A stretch of 64,000 bases of DNA from Verrucomicrobiota bacterium (GTDB taxonomy: Bacteria; Verrucomicrobiota; Kiritimatiellia; CAIVKH01). The translations under genes and the position numbers were made by a program. How positions within the stretch are numbered: the first letter of the stretch is position 1; each line of letters starts with the position of its first letter. The stretch covers positions 3,386 through 67,385 of the forward strand of contig JACKPT010000015.1 of assembly GCA_024233345.1 (NCBI GenBank). The letters run 5' to 3'. The notes below the pieces were generated by a model, which did no database searches, had not been told where the DNA came from, and saw only the letters and a program-made list of their open reading frames with translations. Below, piece by piece: positions 37,053-44,283 of this stretch.

Positions 37053-39193
37053 GGGTTCTTCAGTCAACTGCCGCCACGGCGTATGCCGCACGTAAAACAG
37101 GGAGGGAGGGGATTGCCCTGGTCATCGTGCTTGGCATGTTGTCCCTGCTGGTCATTATCGGGGTCGGGTTCGCGATTTCCTCCCGTACCGAGCGGTTGGC
37201 CGCCAAGTCGTACGCGGACAGTGTGAGGGGTAAGCAGATGCTGCAAGCCGCCATTGCCAGAACCCTGAGCGATGTCGATGCCTACATGAACACCTTTAAT
37301 CTGATCTATCCCGATTTTGAGTTCCTTCCCAGTACGGGGGTGACCAATGCGTATGGCATGATCTCGGACGAGGCGACAAACTATTTTCCGGATTCGGCCC
37401 AGGTTTCGCTGCAATCGGAAAATCAGAAAGTGGAATGGATAGAGCTGCAAAATAATGACAACGATCTGGTCGGTCGCTATGCCTACCTCATCTACAACCA
37501 TTCCGGCATGATCGATGTCAACGCGGTCTTTCCCCATGTGGATCGCGATCAGGGGGAATCCCTGTTTGAGTTGGATGTGAATCAACTACCGGAGTTCGGA
37601 GGGAATGCCTCTCAATTCAGTGATAATATGTCCGCGAGTTGGACCCGGTTTGAATCCTTCCCAGAACTAAATGTCATCGCGATAAATAGCGGTATGGTCC
37701 AGAAAGCCGAGAATCTGTTCATCTATTCCCGATTTCCTCCGGACCGCAACGCGATCGATGGGGGGTATGCGGATAAGATTGATCTGGCCGGCGATACAAC
37801 CACATTGGAGGGACGGCAGACCGAAATCGTGCAGGGCTTTACGGATTGCAATATTCCTAATCCGGATATCGTCTTTTTGAATCTGCTGGATTATGTGGAT
37901 GATGATTTTATCCCACAGGATTTGAATACGTTTTGCACCGAACCGGTTCCCATGATCAATGAGATGTGGGTGACCAGCCGGATTGTGAAAGCGAACAGTA
38001 CCACGCCTGGCTTCTACACCTATACGCACACCATTTCCCTGAACGTTGAACTATGGCATCCGTTCCCCTCTACGGTAGACGCTGAAGCACCCGATCTACC
38101 CGATGTTGAATTTGCGATTGCAGGTGGCACGCCCCTGCCCATCGCCAATTTCCTGACGCCATTACTTCCACCACTTGGGGCTTCTCCTGGTACAGTCGCC
38201 GGAAATACCATCAATGCCGATGGGGACAACTTTTACATTGTGACTTACACCTGGGAGCTTTCAAACGATTCCACCATCAATGTTCCGCCGACTGCGATTA
38301 TCACCTATAATGTCCAGCTGGGTCCCTATGAAATCACCGTGGATGGACAACCAGCCGACCGGGTCGAGACTTTTCCAGTCGTCCAACTTCAGTTTCCAAT
38401 CAATGGGCAATACAGCGATCCCCGGGGTGTGGCCTGTGTGGATCCACGATTGAACTATGACCCGCTGCAATGGAGTATGCTTGCCGGTAGTTCTATCACG
38501 CCGGGCGCGATCAATAGCCTGTCGACCGGGGGGGAGGGCGTCAGTTCCATGTATGTCCGCAACCAACCCCTGGATAACAACAACCCCCCGGGACAAGTCG
38601 GCGAGCTTGGTTTCCTGTCCGTAGGTGAGCCCTGGCGCACGATTGCCCTTTACGAGACTCCGGTGTCCGGGGTGAATCCGGTGATCGACTATTTCCGAAT
38701 TGGAAATGCAGGGGGGACTGTGAGGGGCAAAATTAATCCCAACACACCTCTGGAAGATGTGCTCTCATGTGCTTTTTTCGCCGCGCCGATCGAGACATCC
38801 CCTGGCGCGGGCGGTCCAACCCTGATCTGGGACAAGGCCAATGATTGGGCCAGTGCCATCATCGATAAGGTGTGGAGTGGGGCCAGTGTGATACCGGTTA
38901 CCAATCTTTCGGAAATAGGCCGCTTTGACCAAAATACCTTCAAGGGCCTGGTGGGTGATCCAAACGCCACCGATGCGGAAATCGAATCCATCATCCGAAC
39001 CTCCTACCCTTTTCTCGGACTGCGGCAGAACCTGTTCACCGCGGTGATTGCGGCTCAGGTCTTCAGCGAAAGCGGCGAACCAATCAGTGAGAACAAGGCG
39101 CTGGTGGTCTTTTGGCGTGATCCGGTTGCCGATCCCAACGACCCGAATCACCACCCTGCGCTTGTTCGGTTCTTCAAGGGACTGGTGGAGTAA
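37049..39193 (+). CDS. Large GspK/PilX-like pseudopilin-associated protein (714 aa)
   Basis: Has the N-terminal anchor REGIALVIVLGMLSLLVIIGVGFAISS (the GspK-type G-x-A-L-x-x-V-L pattern). Its start overlaps the preceding gene, and the extracellular part is large. Confidence 0.6.
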   Translation: MRVLQSTAATAYAARKTGREGIALVIVLGMLSLLVIIGVGFAISSRTERLAAKSYADSVRGKQMLQAAIARTLSDVDAYMNTFNLIYPDFEFLPSTGVTNAYGMISDEATNYFPDSAQVSLQSENQKVEWIELQNNDNDLVGRYAYLIYNHSGMIDVNAVFPHVDRDQGESLFELDVNQLPEFGGNASQFSDNMSASWTRFESFPELNVIAINSGMVQKAENLFIYSRFPPDRNAIDGGYADKIDLAGDTTTLEGRQTEIVQGFTDCNIPNPDIVFLNLLDYVDDDFIPQDLNTFCTEPVPMINEMWVTSRIVKANSTTPGFYTYTHTISLNVELWHPFPSTVDAEAPDLPDVEFAIAGGTPLPIANFLTPLLPPLGASPGTVAGNTINADGDNFYIVTYTWELSNDSTINVPPTAIITYNVQLGPYEITVDGQPADRVETFPVVQLQFPINGQYSDPRGVACVDPRLNYDPLQWSMLAGSSITPGAINSLSTGGEGVSSMYVRNQPLDNNNPPGQVGELGFLSVGEPWRTIALYETPVSGVNPVIDYFRIGNAGGTVRGKINPNTPLEDVLSCAFFAAPIETSPGAGGPTLIWDKANDWASAIIDKVWSGASVIPVTNLSEIGRFDQNTFKGLVGDPNATDAEIESIIRTSYPFLGLRQNLFTAVIAAQVFSESGEPISENKALVVFWRDPVADPNDPNHHPALVRFFKGLVE

Positions 39194-39427
39194 CCAGTAA
39201 GCCGTGAAAAGGGTGGTTGTCGTAAATCGGGAATGCCTTCACTCCAAAGTATTACTCAGCTTTTCCGCTGGTTTTCCGTCGGATATCCATTTGCCGGGCA
39301 ATAGCCCGAAATACAGAAGGAAACGAAGGAAGCGAAGTTGGATCTGTTTCTGGGTCCGAGCCCTGAGAGGGACCTCTTCCTAAGCGGGCTCTTGATGATG
39401 TGCTGTCAATGCAGTAGCGATTGACAC

Positions 39428-39700
39428 CCACCACAGAGGCCACAGAGAATCACAGAGGGATTGGAGATTGGTCACCTCGTAGCGCGGGTCTCCTGCCCGT
39501 GTATCGGGAGCCGGACTGCGCCTGGGCGTCCAGGAAACACCGTCCAATCAATACGCTTCATTCACCAATCCCAAATCTTAAATCTTCAATCCCCCAATTC
39601 CTCTGCGCTCTCTGTGCCCACTGTGGTGAATCTTCCCTGACTTTCCGATCAACCAATCTTCAATCTAAAATCTTCAATCTAAAATCATAAATCTCAACTC
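39428..39700. repeat. Mosaic repeat block with modules in both orientations (long imperfect hairpin)
   Basis: 39428-39459 reads ccaccacagaggccacagagaatcacagaggg, and 39598-39632 reads ttcctctgcgctctctgtgcccactgtggtgaatcttcc. It also has aatcttcaatc-type runs (reverse-complement form of module A). Confidence 0.8.
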
Positions 39701-39707
39701 ATCATTC

Positions 39708-42700
39708 CTACGGTGCGGTCAGGCGGATGCTATAGATTGGGTTCGTGACTCCAGTCGGGAAATTGAACCAGACTTGATTGGTGCCGCCGGTCCATTGTTC
39801 ATTGAAGGGGGTGACCATGGTCCAGGCCACCGGATTGGCCATCAGGTTCGTGGTTATCATCGGCTGCACGGTCCAGTTGTCGGGATTGCCCACCACCGTG
39901 AACTGCACATTGGTCTTCATGATCAACGCGGTGATGTACGCTTCAGGCACGATTAGATCGCCAAAGATCTGGCCCATGTTGACCGCACCGGGCGTGGAGA
40001 AGACTATGTTCGTATCAAATGCCCAGGCAAAATCATCCCGGTTGGTGCCGGTACCGATCAGAGCGACACCGTTGGTACCTGCTGGTTCGATGTCAATCTT
40101 GCTGACCAGTTCAAATCCACTGGCCACGCCTCCGAACATAATGCTGTCTTCGACGCCTCCGACTTCATTGAGCAGTTGAATCCCGGTTGGAATGTCCCAG
40201 AGTAGATTGGTGAACATTTGATCAGAGGCATCGGGCAATAATTCGTTCCCGAGAACCCAGAAACCATATCCACCGCTTTCATTCAACAAGGTTGTGTTGT
40301 TGGTGATCGTATAGCGGGATATCAGGGTGATTTCGTGATAAATCGCAATGGACCAATCTGAAAGGTCAAAGCCGGCAATCCCTGCCAATTCAATGAAGGC
40401 AGGGGTAAATGCAAATCCCCAACTATTGAAAGCATCATTATAATCCACCTCATTGATCCAGACCTGACCTGGTTCCGAACGCGGGATCCCGTAGGAACCG
40501 GGGACGCCGGGGGCTGTGTCCGGATAGTAGGCGGGGGAGTTGAGTTCACTTCCGGGACCGGAGAATTCTACCTTGAAGTAGTACTGCACGATGGTACCGG
40601 CGGGTTGAGCCGGAATATTCGTCGCGGACCGATAGGTGATGTAGCCGGTATTGGTCATCGCGAGGGTGGTAAATCCGCCGCTGGTTCCGATTCGGTAGTA
40701 CGCGGTCACGTTGGTCGTTTCCGCGCCGTTGGCGGGTAAGACGATGGCATCGAGGTAGACGGCATCATTGGTAAAGGGGGCCGGGGGATCGATTTCCGCA
40801 TTGATCACCACATCCGCCGGAGGCTTGGGGGTATCAATGAGAATGTTGTCGAAAAGGACACGCCCGCCTCCATTTTTGTACAACCGGACATATACCCCAT
40901 TGGTGATGAAATTATATTTCGAGTAGTACAAATATCCACTATCATTGGTAATCGATAGCGTATCGATTGATGTCCAGGAAGATCCATTAATCGATGTCTG
41001 TATCTCGACTGCTGCGGTGTTATTCGTGTCGGTAGACCATAGCTTGTATTGGAACGAGATATTTCCTGCGCCATCTGGGAATAAGTGCGATTGTATAATG
41101 GACTGTGTGTTGCGGTTCATCCGCCCAACTTGTCCCTCGTATCCTTCCTCTGGGTCTACAATGACCTCCTGAACCGACCAACCCTCCCATTCATCGGTTC
41201 CTGAGGTGTAGGAGCCTTTGCGCGGCCAGGTTTCAAAGTTCTGGTTTCGGTAGGCCACTGGTTTGCTGATGCTGAAATCGTCGATCAATAGTTCCTGGGG
41301 ACCGGTTTCTCCGGTCGCAACCCCGACAATATAGACATCATCGAAGGCCAGGTTTCCTGAAACTTTGGTATAGGTAAACCGGATCTGGATGACATTGGTG
41401 GAAAGGGAGTAGGAGGGGCTGGACTCGGTATTGCTCAGCGAGGTGAGGTTGACCAGGGTGGTCCACAGGCTGCCGTCGGTGGTGGTTTCAATGAGGAATG
41501 AAGAACCGGAAATCCCATTGCCCTTCATCCAGAAGGTCAGGTTGGTTGGATGATTCAAAACCGGGGTGGTGATCGTATCGCCTGTGGTATCGAATTTCAC
41601 TGAGTTGGGAGACTCCCCGGAGCTGGAATCGCTGGTATATTCACCAACCCCATCAAAGAGCCAGCCGCCAGGGGCTTCACTACCTTCGGTAAATGGTTCC
41701 TGGATCAGGACATTGTCTATCGCTCCGGCATCGATCTGCTGGTTGACAATGCGAATATAGCGGGGGTTGGGTTCGTAAAAGAACTGATTATATTGGATGT
41801 AGGAACCACTGATGATCGGCTCAATCACTGCTAGGTCCGTCCAGGTATTGCTGCCATCGGGCGATTCCTGCAGCCGCAGCGATGCGGGTCCATAGCCATT
41901 GGTGCCCCTGGCGTACTGGAAGGAGATGGTCCCATATCCGTCACTGTAGTAGGGGGAGCGGAGTTGCCAGGTAAAGACATTGGTGGGAACGAGTGGATCA
42001 CCAATGACCCCGGAGGTTCCACTGTAGGCTTCATTGGTGGTGATGCGTCCGAGACTGAGCAGCCAGTCATTGATGGTGATGATGGTGTCTGATGTATTGG
42101 TCCATCCCGCTCCTTCGAAATCCTGCAACCGTGGATCATCGGTGGCATCCGCGAGCTGAATGTCATCGATGAGGAGGTTGTTGGTGCCGGATAAATGATC
42201 GACGCGTACATAGCGAACATCAGGGTCGGCAAGGTACAGAGAGTAGGACTGATAACTTTGGGCGACAATGTTGGATACCGTGCCTTTGGTGGTCCAAGAA
42301 CTGCCGTTGGGCGAAGTCTGGACGCGGAAGGTGATGGGCTCGAGGTTGTCCTCCGGATCTGTGGTGTTTTCATGCCGGTAGAAAAAATTGACCCGGCCCA
42401 CCCCGGAGGTGGTAAGCGGGGAAACAATCTGGCCCCCCTGGGGTAGACTCGCGGCCAGCCCGGTGCGGGCTTCATCGGTGACTGATCCCGTGGTCATCAA
42501 CCAGCCTGCATAGCTGTATCGCCCGGGAGTAAAGGCGAATGGCCAACTGAAGGATTGAGCCATGGGGGGAATCTCCCGGATCGATACATCATCGAACTGT
42601 AGGGAACCAAGATCGCCCGCCCCGCTGACACTGATTACGGAACGCGCGTACATGGTGCCCTCTGGGGCCTCTCCGATGACCTTGAACTCCGTCCAGTCAC

Positions 42701-43469
42701 TGGTCAAACCATCGAGCGGGGTTGCGTATACCGCGAGGGGACCGCTGAACCCGGACCCAAAAAATTCAATTTTCAGCTCTTTGTTGTCGGCAGTCCAGGG
42801 ACCATAGGGTGGTTCCGCATCGGCCCAGAAGTTTGCCGTCAACTCATAGGTAAAGCCGCGCCCGGCAGGAATATCCTGCCAGAATCCGCCATAATCCCAA
42901 TCACCCGCCCCGATGTAGGCAATCGATGAGCCGGTGAGTGCACGCCAATCGGCCCGGCCGACGTTTCCCCATAGATCCCCCATACCATCAGGAAACCCAT
43001 TTTCCCAGTGAAGGGGTTTGGTTTCTTCCGAACCTTCCAGCTCAAAGCTGCCATTGCGGGTGCGGTTGGTCCAGGGCAGAGAAACACTGTCCAAAATGAT
43101 CGAGTAGATCAGGGTCTGATCATTGAAGGTGAAACGGTAATAGCCATCCTGGGGGAAGGAGATTGCTATGTCCGCGGCTGTAAGGATTGCAACGTTGGTC
43201 ACTGGAGGCGAGAGGATCGCGGATTGGCCCCAGTTGATGTCCCAAGAGCGATTCGCAGCGAATTTGAAATACTCTTGGGCGCCCCGCTGCGCAAACAGGG
43301 TGGCCCGCCAGGTGTTGTTCGACACCAGGGTCATGTTGTTGGCCCCGGGGTTCCAGCCCTGGAAACTCCCGGCGAGGGTCATGCTGGAATAGACCGAGGT
43401 CTGGGCCAGCCCCACCACAGGGAGGGCGGTCACCAACAGGGTAATGGCAAATCGTCTCAACATCTTCAA
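39708..43469 (-). CDS. Large secreted protein: CBM-like N-domain, six repeated beta-sandwich modules, lamin-tail domain, shared C-terminal module
   Basis: The signal peptide is MKMLRRFAITLLVTALPVVGLAQT. GSFQGWNP...YFKFAANRSWDINWG is CBM20/48-like, and NGSFELEG is CBM4_9-like. Module ends recur as DDVSIREI, IDDIQLAD, DNVLIQE, FDDVYIVG, IDDFSISK and FDNILIDT. The LTD-like segment is GQVWINEVDYND...FIELAG...LSDWSIAIY (about nt 40100-40480). Confidence 0.7.
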   Translation of the reverse strand: MKMLRRFAITLLVTALPVVGLAQTSVYSSMTLAGSFQGWNPGANNMTLVSNNTWRATLFAQRGAQEYFKFAANRSWDINWGQSAILSPPVTNVAILTAADIAISFPQDGYYRFTFNDQTLIYSIILDSVSLPWTNRTRNGSFELEGSEETKPLHWENGFPDGMGDLWGNVGRADWRALTGSSIAYIGAGDWDYGGFWQDIPAGRGFTYELTANFWADAEPPYGPWTADNKELKIEFFGSGFSGPLAVYATPLDGLTSDWTEFKVIGEAPEGTMYARSVISVSGAGDLGSLQFDDVSIREIPPMAQSFSWPFAFTPGRYSYAGWLMTTGSVTDEARTGLAASLPQGGQIVSPLTTSGVGRVNFFYRHENTTDPEDNLEPITFRVQTSPNGSSWTTKGTVSNIVAQSYQSYSLYLADPDVRYVRVDHLSGTNNLLIDDIQLADATDDPRLQDFEGAGWTNTSDTIITINDWLLSLGRITTNEAYSGTSGVIGDPLVPTNVFTWQLRSPYYSDGYGTISFQYARGTNGYGPASLRLQESPDGSNTWTDLAVIEPIISGSYIQYNQFFYEPNPRYIRIVNQQIDAGAIDNVLIQEPFTEGSEAPGGWLFDGVGEYTSDSSSGESPNSVKFDTTGDTITTPVLNHPTNLTFWMKGNGISGSSFLIETTTDGSLWTTLVNLTSLSNTESSPSYSLSTNVIQIRFTYTKVSGNLAFDDVYIVGVATGETGPQELLIDDFSISKPVAYRNQNFETWPRKGSYTSGTDEWEGWSVQEVIVDPEEGYEGQVGRMNRNTQSIIQSHLFPDGAGNISFQYKLWSTDTNNTAAVEIQTSINGSSWTSIDTLSITNDSGYLYYSKYNFITNGVYVRLYKNGGGRVLFDNILIDTPKPPADVVINAEIDPPAPFTNDAVYLDAIVLPANGAETTNVTAYYRIGTSGGFTTLAMTNTGYITYRSATNIPAQPAGTIVQYYFKVEFSGPGSELNSPAYYPDTAPGVPGSYGIPRSEPGQVWINEVDYNDAFNSWGFAFTPAFIELAGIAGFDLSDWSIAIYHEITLISRYTITNNTTLLNESGGYGFWVLGNELLPDASDQMFTNLLWDIPTGIQLLNEVGGVEDSIMFGGVASGFELVSKIDIEPAGTNGVALIGTGTNRDDFAWAFDTNIVFSTPGAVNMGQIFGDLIVPEAYITALIMKTNVQFTVVGNPDNWTVQPMITTNLMANPVAWTMVTPFNEQWTGGTNQVWFNFPTGVTNPIYSIRLTAP
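39711..39947 (-). other. Shared C-terminal ~80-aa module, copy in the 1253-aa protein
   Basis: Sequence: VQFTVVGNPDNWTVQPMITTNLMANPVAWTMVTP...GVTNPIYSIRLTAP. Confidence 0.5.
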
Positions 43470-43544
43470 TCTCCTATCCTCTGGGGATAATTTACCCCCG
43501 AACCCTACGCCCGTTAAAGCGCTTTTGCCAAGTGAGGAGTTTGT

Positions 43545-44145
43545 TGGGGGATTGGTTGATTAAAGATTTGAGATTTGAGATTGAAGATTGGTGAATTGAG
43601 ATTGGGGAATGGTGAGTCGGGGGAAGGTTCACCACAAAGGACACAGAGAGCGCAGAGTAATTGGGGGTTGGATGATTGAAGAATGAAGATTGATGATTTG
43701 AGATTGGGGATTGGGGGTTAGGGACCTGGCCCTGAAGGGGCCGAAGTCGATAGCCCATGGCAGAGCCATGGGGGAGGACGATCCCCCAAACAAATTTGTG
43801 CTGAAGGCACGACATTCGGGTCCTGAAACCTGCCTGCCCGTCCAGGGCCTGCCCGGCCAGGGCCTGCCCGGCCAGGGACACCTACCACAGAGGACACAGA
43901 GAAACACAGAGGGAGATTGGGTGATTGGTAAACTCGTAGCGTGGGTCTCCAGACCCGCGTATCGGGAGCAGAACTGAACGCAACCGATTACGATTACGAT
44001 TAGGATTACGAGTAGGAGGAGGGTTACCCCCCCCCAATCTCTCTCTCTGCGCTCTCTGTGGTGGGTGCCCCTGGCCGTGCAGGCCCTGACCGGAAAGTCG
44101 GCTCATACTTCATAATCGTAATCCTAATCGTAATCGTAATCGAAA
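43545..44145. repeat. Largest mosaic repeat block, including an inverted REP-like unit (43722-43815), a 15-mer x3 tandem (about 43831-43876) and a 25-bp perfect inverted repeat
   Basis: Modules A, B, C, D and E are all present, several in both orientations. Details are in the findings. Confidence 0.85.
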
Positions 44146-44283
44146 CAGGGATGCTGGGTGCATGATGAATCAAGCATCAGGGCCCGAGGGTTAAGCCAGA
44201 GGTACTCTTTTCCGCTTCCTGTGGTTTATCTTTCCGGATAGTTTGACCTGACAGATGGGGCAAATCCGGTTAATGATCCTACC

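Noticed and set aside
32418-44106. Repeat-encoded small ORFs: 32418-32609 (-), 33104-33406 (-), 33331-33594 (-), 33497-33742 (-), 43492-43881 (-), 43629-43907 (-) and 43882-44106 (-). Recurring peptides include ...AGLETHATR..LCDSLCPLW.
   Set aside because: They exist only because the same DNA modules recur. They overlap one another in different frames, lack ribosome-binding sites, and end wherever the module ends. I treat them as non-coding repeats.
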